A stretch of 63,184 bases of DNA, counting the filler, from Piptocephalis cylindrospora (Eukaryota): NCBI GenBank assembly GCA_003614145.1. It is 10 parts of 10 records of this genome, joined end to end, with 100 filler letters (N's around TTAATTAATTAA, not from the genome) between each part and the next. Parts side by side here need not be neighbours in the genome. Positions count along the whole stretch, not along the records: positions 31,746 to 37,960 come from KZ988306.1; positions 38,061 to 44,274 come from KZ988307.1; positions 44,375 to 50,581 come from KZ988308.1; 7 more parts are not named here. One strand, 5' to 3'. The notes beneath the pieces were generated by a model. That model was not told the DNA's origin, searched no databases, and saw only the letters and a program-made list of their open reading frames with translations. Both the position numbers and the translations under genes were made by a program. This document shows, in pieces, positions 34,273-46,180 of this stretch; within the stretch, counting starts at the first letter, position 1, and every line of letters starts with the position of its first letter.

Positions 34273-35506
34273 GAACTGTGGGTGAGCACAAGAGGATGGC
34301 GTGGCATAAGTGAACATGCGTGTATAGATGTGCAGAGGGGAAGGTATCCTGTCTGTAGAGCCCAGCCTGCTCATAATGGGAGTAAGCAGAGTAGAGGACA
34401 ACAGATATAACAATACATGAGCTCGAGTGAGTTTTAGGATCACCACCAAAGTTTGCTCTAGTTGAATTATATGGCGACTTGACCTTATAGGAGTAGGCAA
34501 TGAGCGGTTGAATAGACTGTGGTTTTTATCGCTGTTAACTGGGTGTGGGCTGGCGTATTCAAAATTTGAAAGTAATAGATGAGGCGAGGGAAAGCCGGGA
34601 ATAGACCCAGTCGAGTAGGGGGGGGCTGGGTTACAAAGGCCCAAGAAGCTTCTTCATGTCATAGCCTCCTCTTTCCCAGAACAGCTCTCCCCAACAATAC
34701 ATGACTCTCATCGGCCGTAGGGGTCTTCTTCGTCTGGGTTTCCTTATCGTTATGATCGATCACACTAATTCATTCCGGTAACAGGGAAAGCGGTATCACA
34801 ATTTACCATGAGAGACCATCATCCCCACAAGATGGCATTCCCGATAAAAATGACATTTGAGTACGAGGTCTTGAGGCCAGCCCTTCGTTGTTCCTTGAGG
34901 GGAGATGGGCAAAAAGGTCACGGAGATGGCATCTCTCAGCACGTCACAGTGAAATTGAATATACTACGGTCGTACTTTGCATACTGACACACGCTCTCTC
35001 CCCACACGTCGGAATGAGACGATCGAATATACAGGGCGGTTGGTTAAGGAAAACTCTCTTGATATCTTAAATACGAGCATTGACTCACTCTGCGTCCTTC
35101 AATGCTTTGTCTCCTGGCGGGGAACCAACGTGGCGCATCACTAGTGTCCATGAGAGAAATGTACCATCTTGCAATGACATTCCATTTGTGTCTGGAGACA
35201 CAGAAGGAATCAGTGACTAGGAAATCGTAACAGGTGACGGCTCTATCTCTTAACCTATCTATTATGCAACATGGAACTCAAAAAGTGGGAAAAAAAGTGC
35301 ATTGATACGAGAGGCAAGGGCAAGGGATAAGGGGGAGGGAAGATACCTAGAAGCGGTAAGGATGCGACATGGAGGAAAGAAAGCAAGTTCGAGGAAAGCA
35401 CGTCCTATTCCTTTCATCCTCTCCTCCCCCATCCCCCACCATGCCAACACCATCCCGCCCATCCCTACTCGCCATGAAATAGCCCCTCCAAGTACCCGTC
35501 CATCTC

Positions 35507-36303
35507 TTAGGCAAATTCTTGGGCCTTGCCACTCTGCACTCATACGAAGGATAGGGGGAGGGGAAGGATGTGAGTGGGTCAAGCGGGAAGCGTCCACGCC
35601 TCCTCCCCCCCTGCAGCACCATGGACTTACCTGCAACAGACCGACGATAAGGCCAAAGAGCCCAATGACACTTCCAAAGATCTCTAAAAGAGGGGGGAAA
35701 GAGACAAGACCATCAATATCCCCATCTCATCCTATCTCATAAATCAACGCAATCCAGCACAAACCACGTACCAACAACAAGAATCTTCACAAAGAGCTGA
35801 GGATCTTGGGCATCGGCAAGCGCAGCGCTGGATCCGGTGATCCCGACGCAAATTCCGCAAAAGAGGTTGCACAAACCCACGGTGAGACCGGCCCAGAAGA
35901 GGGAGAAGCCGGTGTAATGATGGCTCTTGGTGAAGCCCTCAGGTCCGGGAGTGACCGCAGCCAACTTGGCGGAGAACACAATGGCCATGATGACTCCGTA
36001 GATGGCCACGACCTCGCAAAAGATAATGGAGATCAGGTTCTTGGTCCGGATATGCGGGGCCTTAACAGCTCCTCCGAGAATGGTCGATCCCGTAATGAAA
36101 ATACCCCAAGCTGCGCCGCACACCGACAGACCAATGCACATGGCAATCCCAATGAGCGCCCAAAGGTAGGGGGATGTCTCATCGAGGAATTTTCCGACGT
36201 TAAAGTGCTCTCCCCGGCCGGTGAACAGGAGGCGAAGGGCATAGATGATGATGATCAGGACGAGGAGCGCCCTTAGAAACGTCTTATAGCTATAGTATCC
36301 CAT
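35507..36303 (-). CDS. VMA16: V-ATPase V0 proteolipid subunit c''; two introns near the 3' end
   Basis: Motifs [27 protein letters not shown] and [34 protein letters not shown]. Confidence 0.95.
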
Positions 36304-38288
36304 GTTGAAAGAGTAGAAGAAAAGGATTGGGCGAAAGGGGAGGGAGGAAGGCGGTCAATGAGAGGGGAAAAGAGAGGTCGTTGCAGTAGTGATGCTTGGG
36401 AATGTAGAATTAGGGGTACGTGGGATGGGAGATGTGGGCCATGATCTGTGGAGGATGTCAAATCCAGGTACTTATCCCTTTTATAGGAAGTAAGGACCAA
36501 GTTTTTTCCTCTTTACTATAGACGATAGCTCAATACAGAAGGGATTGGGGCCTTGTTATATGGGCGATTGAACCGTAATCGGCTTGTTTTGATCCTACCA
36601 TGTTCATTGGACAGGTTAGGATACTCGTGCTTTCGCTCGTTTCATGTCACTCCCACTACTGTTACACAATGATCTGACTTTCAACCAGAGTTGGCCAGCC
36701 AGATGGAGCTGTGGTGATGGTTAAGGCAACATGGACACTAAGTCAAGCCACTGCTGGATCTCGTGTTTTTCCCATGCAACTGTAATGGCTCCGTTCAAGA
36801 CGGGGTTTCGAATCCTAAACAAGAGTCAGGAAGATACATAAGGAGATGCTGGCAAGAGGACATGCTTGTAGAAGATGCATATGGCAAGTATCTAGCGATC
36901 CCTCCTCTAGTCTCATTCTTTTTATGGTCAAACTCCTCTCTCATTGCAACGAGTCCATGCGTTGACCCATTGCGGTTACATTATATTACTGCTATACAGT
37001 AGCGCTTTAGGCGCTGAAAATGGCCCCAGCCAATGCAATAGCGCTTTAGGGGACACTCGAATTTTTGTCGTTTACCTTTCGTATGCGGTGTATGCCAGTG
37101 TACTTTACATGCATCTCGGACATTTTCGTTTTCGCAAATAGAGTAGCTAGCTTGCAAACAAGTAGCATGCTCTTGTATACTGTGAAGATGGGTCATTACT
37201 GCGATGTAGTGTAACAGACCATCCAAGGATGATTCCCTTTCATTCGACAGGATTGCCTCCCATCATTAGCCGTGCTGCTCCCTTTTTCTACCAAAAACGC
37301 TGAAATTCAAGTCGGTTTTCAGCCCGCTTTGCCTATCCATCCTATCGACCATTGGCCAATGGTGAGGGGGAGGAAAAGACCCCGACTGTACTGGAGCGAC
37401 CATATCCTCCATCCAACACTCTACTCCGACAGAGGGCCAGGCCAATCATATCGGCCAGTGGCCTCCACATCCTTTGCCCGCGTACTTGGAGGGCGTTGAG
37501 TGACACTGCCCCTTCCCCTCCTAGTGAGGCTAAACAAGAACAGCCCTCTTCCTGGGCGCCCGCTCTCTACCTCTTCCATTTGACCCCGCCCAACTCTTTC
37601 CTCTGCTTCCTGTCTTTTCTGAACGACTTTCCCGGTCCACTCTCTTCCTCTCTCCCCCCTCCATCGTTGTCTTGGCCTCCTTGCCCTCTCCCCTCCCCCT
37701 CACCCACTCCGGAAAACACCCACTCCTCTCTTCTGAACCCTTACTCTCTCTCTTTGAGGCTCATTTGTCTCTCTTCTCTCCTGGTTCGTGCGATAACAAC
37801 AACACTTGTCCCTCTCCTTTCTCCGCCTACCGTGCCTCTTCTCTTTTGATGTAGGTGTTTTGAATTGGCTAGGGCAGAAGGAGCTGACAGGGCATGTCCA
37901 CTTATCCCCCCCCCCCCCCCCCCCCCCCCCCCACCCCCCCCCCCCCCCCCCCCCCCCCCCNNNNNNNNNNNNNNNNNNNNNNNNNNNNNNNNNNNNNNNN
38001 NNNNTTAATTAATTAANNNNNNNNNNNNNNNNNNNNNNNNNNNNNNNNNNNNNNNNNNNNCACACCGCCTTGTAGTATTATTCACCAAACACCCCTCTGC
38101 CTTGATTCTCCTCCTCTTCTTTTGAATACACCACGCACATACACACGTGACTTTTAACCTCTTTTTCATTCTCTTTCCCCGTCTCCTCCCCCTCCAGCCC
38201 CAAGCCCCAACCCAGAATGGAGGATTGAAAACTTATGTATTATTTATCCTCTTTGTGTCAAAAAGCACTTGACCCATGGTACGTGGGC

Positions 38289-39116
38289 CTACTTCAATCG
38301 CTTCATGACCCAGTCAAAGCTATCGGATAGAACTTCCTCAGTGGGAACGTGTCCAATGCCGCTATAGACTTTGTAAGAAGTCCGACCCGAGGTGGAAAGG
38401 TCATGTAAGACCGACTCGCTGATGGACCAGGGGACCAGGGTGTCATTATCCGCGTGAAGGGACAATATATCTACCTGACGAAGCCTGTCCATATTACCGA
38501 GGGCTCCGTGCTTGACCATATCCTGGAAGAGCTGCTCACTAAAGTATGCCTTATACTCCTTGGCCCGAATTTCCCCGAGAATGGCGAGGTTGGGCGTCCC
38601 ATGGATGGAGACAAACAAGGAGATCCGCGGCTCAAGCGAGGCACAAATGAAGCCAATGTGAGCGCCCATGGAGAAGCCATATGTGCCCCAGGTGAGGTCG
38701 ACGCGCCCCGACGGCCAGTCGGGAATGAGGGGGAGAGTGTCAATGAGGAAGGAGACATCCCGGGTAGCCTGGCGGATCTGGAGCCACATGTCCTCCGAGT
38801 GCGATTGATTTCCAGTGGCGAGGGTATTATTCCGTCGGGGGTTCACACAACGGGAACCGTGGTTGGGTAGATCCAGATTAATAATCAGTAGGTCACGCGA
38901 TCGGTCGGGGTGTTTAAGCGATTCCCGGATCAGTCGATGTCCAATGGGGTCCATATCGGCGGAAGACCCAATCCGACCATGGAGAAGAAAGAGGACGGTG
39001 GTGGGTCTTTTGCAATCCTGTTGCAGCTCCTCCATACCAATGATGCTGACGAGGAGCCCAGCGACTTGCAGGTGCTTGATCGATACTGGGTCAACTTTAA
39101 GGGGAACGGGGTGCAT
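38289..39116 (-). CDS. Alpha/beta hydrolase
   Basis: LFLLHGR, DLPNHGSR, nucleophile GFSMG, acid DNDTLVP and catalytic His in GIGH. Likely start MHPVPLK. Confidence 0.85.
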   Translation of the reverse strand: MHPVPLKVDPVSIKHLQVAGLLVSIIGMEELQQDCKRPTTVLFLLHGRIGSSADMDPIGHRLIRESLKHPDRSRDLLIINLDLPNHGSRCVNPRRNNTLATGNQSHSEDMWLQIRQATRDVSFLIDTLPLIPDWPSGRVDLTWGTYGFSMGAHIGFICASLEPRISLFVSIHGTPNLAILGEIRAKEYKAYFSEQLFQDMVKHGALGNMDRLRQVDILSLHADNDTLVPWSISESVLHDLSTSGRTSYKVYSGIGHVPTEEVLSDSFDWVMKRLK

Positions 39117-39400
39117 GATGAACGTGAGAAAAGGGAGGGATGGGTAGATGGGAGGATAATGGGGAGAGGATGGAGGAGGAAAGGAGAGGGGATGGGGATG
39201 GAAATGATGACGAGGATGTAAAGCGAGGATAAGGCACAGGAAGAACACCGGTAGGTGAGTTCATCCGTCTCATCCTCCGGTCCACTAGCCATGTGCCATC
39301 GGGGAGATATGGAGCCGGGGGGAGGGGGGCATGGGGCCGAGGGATATTCCGGGGGAGATGGGGTGTGTGCTCATGCCACCCCTTTCCATGTGGGACAGTT

Positions 39401-39435
39401 CTAAACACTAACACTAAACACTAACACTAACACTA
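39401..39435. repeat. Short imperfect (CTAACA) microsatellite
   Basis: ctaaacactaacactaaacactaacactaacacta. Confidence 0.7.
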
Positions 39436-41197
39436 GGTGAAACACTCTTATCGTTGCCCACTAGAAGATTTGTGCCCTGAGAAAAATGCTTTGTGTGGAG
39501 CACGAGACGCGGGAACTCATCTGTCTCAGATGTGGTGCTGTTATGCGTGTTTCTGTTCTTTTTGACATGCAGATAGGGAAATATGCATTCATGGCAAGAC
39601 GTGATGATCGAGAACTTGGTCCTTATTTTCAATTTATCACTCGTGAGATTGCTATGAATGAAACAACGGAAGCAGCGATGGGAATCAACTTTTCAGGCGA
39701 GCTACTACTGTCTCGCGATCCCGGATGTGAAATACAGTTTAGTCTCGTGTATTGGGCCATCCATCTATAATTTTACCAGGTTCGCCTCTAGTTAGGATAG
39801 CATGCTTTCTGTGAGCCTTACAGACAATTGTAGTAAAAGTATCACAAGTATTTATTACCCCGCAATGGTGGCGACGAGTAGTTGAGTAAGGCTGATCTCA
39901 TTCTTTAAGGGAGACGAGAAGGACTTGCATAGGAAAGGACACTTCTAGGGAATTTGAAAAGGAAAGTGCAAAGCAGATAGGTGTATGTAGCACTATTCTC
40001 TATGTGAGATAAAATGTTTATTGAGGACTCTGGGTTATTATTCTTAGAGAGATCAACTAGCAGCAGTATTCACCATGGCCACCGGCACATCATTTGTCAT
40101 TTAGATGCGAGTTCAGATTAATCTACTGTAATTCATGGCGTCGAGTGAGAAGTATGGACTGCGGAGGATGAAAGAAGAGTCTTCGTTGCTCTGTACGAGT
40201 CCATCTGGATATGAGCATACGCCCCGCAGTTTCCGCCATGTCTCCACAAGTGCATTGCATAATCATTCGCTTCCTTGATAATCCTAGGTATGTCTTCATC
40301 ATGGTTAATTCCGCTAGTAGTACGGCTACGAAGTCGGTACATGCTTGCGACAGAAATGGACTGCTTTAAGAGCGTTTTACCATCCTCCTTTGAAGTTAAA
40401 GCTAACTGATGAATGCCGTCACAAGTTCATCTCAATGGAAAAGCTCACCAGTAACTGGAATGGTCATTCTGGTAGACCTAGAAAGTCCCAATTGTATACT
40501 CCTAGCATAATCAACGATACGATCCAAGAGAAAAGCAGGAAGGGGATGAGAAATGGAAATGATAGATAATCCCGGGGACGCATACATCCTCTCTTGAGAT
40601 CATAGCTCCTCAAATGGCTTCCCAACCTCTCCTATTCTCTCGGACGACAGCGTTCGATCTTATCATAAAATGTATCATACAAGCGGCGTAACGCGATCTG
40701 AATAGTGGCCCCCACCCAGTACGCCCCTTCTATGGGTGTTCCTCATCAGATGGGACGCCTACAGCTGCTGCCTGGCAACTCCAGTCCCTCTTGTCACATA
40801 CTATCTCTATCCCTCAATGTTGAGGTCTTCCGTAAGGGCCCCTGTGATTTGAAAACCCATTTATTTTCTAGCCTCCATGCCAACTATGTTGCTCTGTAGG
40901 GTTTATCCAGAAAATTTCGCCTGTCAGAGTAGGCAGATATAGACCCGAGCACTACCCTGCACACAGTTTAGTATGTGGGTATGTGGTACCATTCACTCTT
41001 TGTAAGGGCCCCTACCACCACCGGCTGTAATGCCTCACAAGTCAAAAAATGGTTCAATCTGCACATGGGTTTGATATTGTAGAGTGGGGAGTATTCATGA
41101 TGGCGCGTACACTCATGGAGATCAAGAAAAGTATACCTATCCCTAAATACTACCTCCATCCACTTTGACCAGTAATTCCTCAATCCCTATCGGCATC

Positions 41198-41880
41198 ATG
41201 TCCACTTTGATTGACAAATCTAGTGAGCTTACGCAAAGGGAGGCACCGCTATCGTCCTCGGTGTTGGCCAAGCACTTGGAGCCCGAGATGAGAAGTAAGG
41301 TTCAGGGCTATGAGGACTTTGTTGGGGAGCGACTGATGCCAGATTTGGCCAAGACCGAGGAGCTGCTCCAGACAATACGAGCACACTTGGAGAACGTACA
41401 AGAGCTACGTGAGAAGGTCCAGGGACTTATCGAGAATCCGTCTTCAACCATGGAAACAACAACAGACCTGGGCCAGGGATTCCTGGCTCATGCCTCCATC
41501 CCGGATACGCAGTGGATCTATGTGAATGTGGGCTTTGGATTCCATGTTCAAATGTCCCTGGATGAGGCGATTACCTTTACGCATGACCAGCAGGCTTTAC
41601 TGGAGAGGTGAGTGTATGCATGCATATGATCTCTGGATGGCGAACTGATCCTCCCCTCTGGACTTAGAAAGGAGGAGAGGTTGGCCAAGCTGGCTGATGA
41701 CATCAAAGCTAATATTCAGATGGTGAGCCTTTATTTATTCCTTGAGGGATTGGGAGCAAGCACTTGATTTCAGTTCAAGTATACTTGTGCAATCTAATCT
41801 AATATAACCTAACCTATCTCTCCCTTTAGGTGTACAATGCCTTGGCCGAGATTTTGCAGTTGGCCACTCCGGCCTCTTAG
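41198..41880 (+). CDS. UXT: Alpha-class prefoldin-like protein UXT; two introns
   Basis: Motifs KVQGYEDFVGERLMPDL, TDLGQGFLAHASIPDT and IYVNVGFGFHVQMSLDEA. Spliced end IKANIQM|VYNALAEILQL. Confidence 0.8.
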
Positions 41881-42003
41881 GGAGAAGGGTGCGATGTTTC
41901 ATTTCAATTTACCCATGTTGTTTTCCAGCCTCTCTTTCGTTTCTATACCAAGCATGAATGCTTCCTCGCTCCCATGTCTATATCCATCATGACTCTTGCT
42001 CCC

Positions 42004-43358
42004 TCAGACCTTATTCTCCTCGGCAATACGAACCTCCTCCATGGCATGGGCAGCATCCACGGCACGTTGCATACCGGTGCCAACACGTTTTACCCCCTCG
42101 TTGGCCCGGACGTACATGAATAAGGCCCTGGCATCAGAAGCCCTACCAAAGGCTTCTTGATACCGCTGCATGGCCACATCCAATTCACCCTTGCTCTGCA
42201 GAGATGGGGGGGTATGCGATGTGAGATCAATGACATATGTCACTTCATATGGTCGATTCACCCCTCAACTCCACACAATTTTACCTCGGCCATCTCGCCC
42301 ATCTTGAGACTAAGATCAGCAAGGCATATGTCACATTCTCGTTGACCCTGACCGGCCCTGGCGATCTCCAGGGCCTCCTCCCACTTGGCATCACGTTCCT
42401 GAGGAAGCTTGGTCTCCCGTAGACTCAGAGTGCCTTCCAGGGCGAGAGTGCGTGCATCGAGACAAGCCCAGGGCTGAATGCTTTCGGGGTCGCCTACTTC
42501 CCTAGGCAGTCGATTCATCTCTCTCCACCATTCACCAAAGACAACGTCGTTGTTACGCTTGGAGGCCCTTCGAGCGCGTTTTGCGAGGAAAGAGGTGGAT
42601 TCGCGCTCCACCATGGTTCGAACCTCGCCACACAGCCACCGAGCATCCTCCCACCTCTCCTGCCTCCCAGCAAGCTGAGCGGCAAGGAGGAGGCATCGCG
42701 CGGCCCCTGGAGTTCGGGAGGGAGAAGAGGGGGAGAGGGGATCGGCCTGGGCCAGGACCCACTCGACCATCTCCCGAGCCCTTTCCTCCCCCTCAGGCTC
42801 ATCGATCTTTAAGTAAGCATCGGCCAGAAGGGCAATGACATCGCATGCCTCTTCTAGCCGATCCTTGCCTCCTTCCTGGACCACCGGAAGGATGGGAAGG
42901 AGGATGGTGGGGATGGCATCGAATTTCCCGACTCTGGCGGCAAGCTGAGCCAGACGAACGCGAATCCCCGTGACCTCCACAGACCCTGGGCCTAGCTGGG
43001 CCTCAGCCAGAGTGAGCGCGGCCAACAGGGCGTTCTGGGACTTTAACAGGTCCGGGTTGACCGCGTCGTATAAATAAGCCGAACGAAGGAAACCTCGCGC
43101 CTTCTTCGATAGGGTCTCTGGGGTAGGGGAAAGTCGTTCCAAATGATAGTTCATGGCCAGTCTACCCAGTCCATAGGAGATCCCGGTACCGAGCATGGTA
43201 AAGAGGAGGAGTTTACCCAAAAACTTTGGGACCTGGCCGGTGAATCGACGAAAGGAAGGGAGAGAGGGTTTCTCCCCCTGGGTAGTCGAGGAGTAAGGAC
43301 GAGCCAGATGGCCGAGCCGGGCCGCCTGTCCAGCACGAAGGGTACGTGAATAGAACAT
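42004..43358 (-). CDS. Mitochondrial inner-membrane TPR-like protein, possibly Mgr3-like; one intron near 42200-42280
   Basis: Arg-rich presequence (MFYSRTLRAGQAAR...YSS), one TM segment, then helical repeats. Confidence 0.55.
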
Positions 43359-43650
43359 AGACTTGGGGGGATGAAGAAGGGATACTAGAGTTCGGAGGGT
43401 AAAGATGCTCCTTGACGCGGATGAACGTGTTTCCATGTTGGGTAGTGTGTGTGTGTGTTCTTTTTGGTATGTCTACCAGGTGTCTCTCAGAGATGAGCAT
43501 TTCATTTCATGGTGGTTGGTTATTGTTTATGATTTACGACTCTTAGAAAGGCACTTGCTCTTTCATGTACGCAGCCTCTTTTCAATTATCATCCTACGGA
43601 CGTTTATTCCCCAACGAAGCGCCCGTATTGAATCAGCCGGTCCAAGCAGG

Positions 43651-44099
43651 CTAGCTCTCCTCGGCCAGCTTGCGCAACTCCTCTTCATCCACCTCCTTGG
43701 CAAGGGAATCAAACTCCTCATCCTCCTTTTGGGCCTTGGTCTTGGAGCCAATGGCTAACCATGCCTCTAGATCATCCGCCTCGACGGCCTCGGCAAAGTC
43801 ATCGTATACGCCGCGGAATTCGCCGTTCACGAATATTTGTGGCAGAGCGGTGACACCGCCATTGTTCTTTCGCATGTAGCTCTTAGCCTCGTCATCCGCC
43901 GCCAAATCCTTAAAGACAAAGGGGATGTTATGGGTAGAGAGGATGGTTTCAAGATGACGCTGACCATCCTTGATCTGGTCGTGGGAGGGTAGCATGAGCC
44001 ATGGATGAGCAAGGTCAGTTCCTTCTTCTCCCTTCCTACCTTTCTGCTTCCAGAGACGGACGAGCCGTAAATGTGGACCTTGGCCTCAGCTTGGGACAT
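43651..44099 (-). CDS. SH3BGR-like thioredoxin-fold protein; intron ~43975-44039
   Basis: IYGSSVSGSRK|IKDGQ, DLAADDEAKSYMR and LPQIFVNGEFRG.YDDF.EAVE. Confidence 0.85.
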
Positions 44100-44847
44100 G
44101 GTGGGGCAGAAGGGAGAGGGGGGGAAGGGGGGGAAGGGGGGGGGGGGGAAGGGGGGCAAAGTGAAGAGGATAAAGAAGGAAAGAGGGTGGGATATTCTCT
44201 TGAATTCCAATTGTATACACGAACTGCTGAAACTTTGGCGGGCGCAAGAGGGGGAGAGGGAAAAGAGAGAGAGTNNNNNNNNNNNNNNNNNNNNNNNNNN
44301 NNNNNNNNNNNNNNNNNNTTAATTAATTAANNNNNNNNNNNNNNNNNNNNNNNNNNNNNNNNNNNNNNNNNNNNAGTCAGGGGGACGTTGAAGAAGAACA
44401 AAAAGAACGAGGTGAGTAGGACACAGGCTCAAGGATCGACGGAGGGGCGTTGACCCAATGGAAAGGGCTCTAGGATGGAGCAGCTGCTGAAAAAGAAGAA
44501 AGGCTGAGGCCGACACCTTGAGATACAGTGTCTTGTCAGGCAAGGCCTGGAGATGAGTATGAGCAAGGCACGAGGGTAGGTGGTGGAAGGAGGGAAGGGG
44601 AAGGGGGCTTGAGCTTGTCCAGCGAGATCTCCTTGTCTATAAAGTCAATTAGCCGAAATCGGAGACAGATCTGTGCAAAAAAAAGAAAACCGTCATCCCA
44701 TCCAGCTCGCTTGGTCTCTACTTACAGCACATAGTCGTAGTACTTTCATATGTGCTGGAAGCCCCTCATCCCTCGTCATTTCCCTTGACTAGGCCCATCT
44801 CTATCGAGTAACACTCTTCCCATTCCAATCTATTCCTCTCATCCGTC

Positions 44848-46051
44848 ATGCCTGATCTTTCCACGATGGTAACGTCCTTGGAGCAACAACAGGCCCGTCT
44901 TTGTTCCCTTCCTTCTTGGCTGTCTCGATTTCGACGCCGTACCTTCCGGTCCAAGGTATTACCTTTACCTCAGGAACTGCTTACCTACCTAGAATCCGAT
45001 TCCATCTTTCTTAGCTCCAGCGCTGGGTAAGCGATGCTGCCAATTGAAGGATTGAACGGCACAATCTGACTCCCTCCTAATATCCTCCAGGCAAGATGAT
45101 GACACTACCTCGGAGGGCTCTTGGACTAGTCAGGGGGACGTTGAAGAAGAACAAAAAGAACGAGAACAAGAAGAACAAGAGGTCGAGGAAACACCAGTGC
45201 ATGAGGTAAGTCACCCATGCCAGATCGCTGTTCGAGGCACATCCTCACCTCATCTTCCTGTTTCCCTTCGCTTTCCCTCCCCATCCCAGTCAGAAAACTT
45301 TATCCAATTCACTCGGGAAATTCAGCAAGCCATTGATGAGCTTGGTGGAGTCGTTTTCCCTAAATTATCCTGGAGTGCCCCAACGGACGCCCGATGGATC
45401 GCAACCACTGGAAACCTCCGATGCACTCGGGCTGACGAGGTCCTTCTCCTTCTCAAGGCCTCGGACCGCCTTTCGCATGATCTCGCCCTGGCCAAGTCCC
45501 TCTCTTCTCCCACTGAATTATCGTTGATTCTGCGGAAATGGTACGACTTGCATCCATCCATGGAATTTCGCTGCTTCCTTCGGCCCGATTCGTCCTCCCC
45601 AATCATCGGTATCTCCCAAAGGGACCCAGCATACTATGATTATCTTGAGAGCTTGCGAGATACCCTGAACAACCGTATCATCACCTTTCTCCAGGATCAC
45701 ATCATTCCTGCCCTCATGGGCCCGGGCCAGGAAGGTGAAGGTATGGGCCATGTTGTGGATGTATATCATGAGCAGTCCTCGGGAAAGGTCTGGCTTGTCG
45801 ACATCAACCCCTGGGACCCCTCCTCTACCCTTCCACTCCTCTTCTCATGGCCTGATCTCCTTGAGACCTCAGAGCCTCTGGGTCTGCGCCTCGTCCGATC
45901 CGAATCCGAGGCTGGTACCTTCCATGGCGCGGATCATCTCAATGCCTATCCCCGGGAGGCCGTAGCCTTGACCATGCAGGGAGGCTCCGGAGATGCGGCA
46001 GCATGGGCCAATCTCATGGACCTGAGTAAGCAATCGGACCTATGGCAATGA
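44848..46051 (+). CDS. CDC123: Cdc123/D123 ATP-grasp eIF2 assembly factor; two introns
   Basis: Motifs CSLPSW, LGGVVFPKLSWSAPTDARWI, LLLKASD, LRKWYDLHPSMEFRCF, VWLVDINPW and PLLFSW. Confidence 0.93.
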
Positions 46052-46180
46052 ACATGATCACGCGCATGCTGTGTTTTGTAAATGATGGATATATACGGGC
46101 TTTGTTTATTTGACTGAGTTCTCTTCTGTTGCCTCCAATCTATGTCCCCTCGGATCACGGCAGGAAGTGGGATGATGACA

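Noticed and set aside
36995..37050. TAGCGCTTTAGG repeated twice, 39 bp apart
   Set aside because: Only two short copies with no array or TIR structure; not CRISPR-like.
44375..44411. 37-bp direct copy of CDC123 coding sequence (45128-45164) at a contig start
   Set aside because: It sits exactly at the contig tip and is best explained as a chimeric end.
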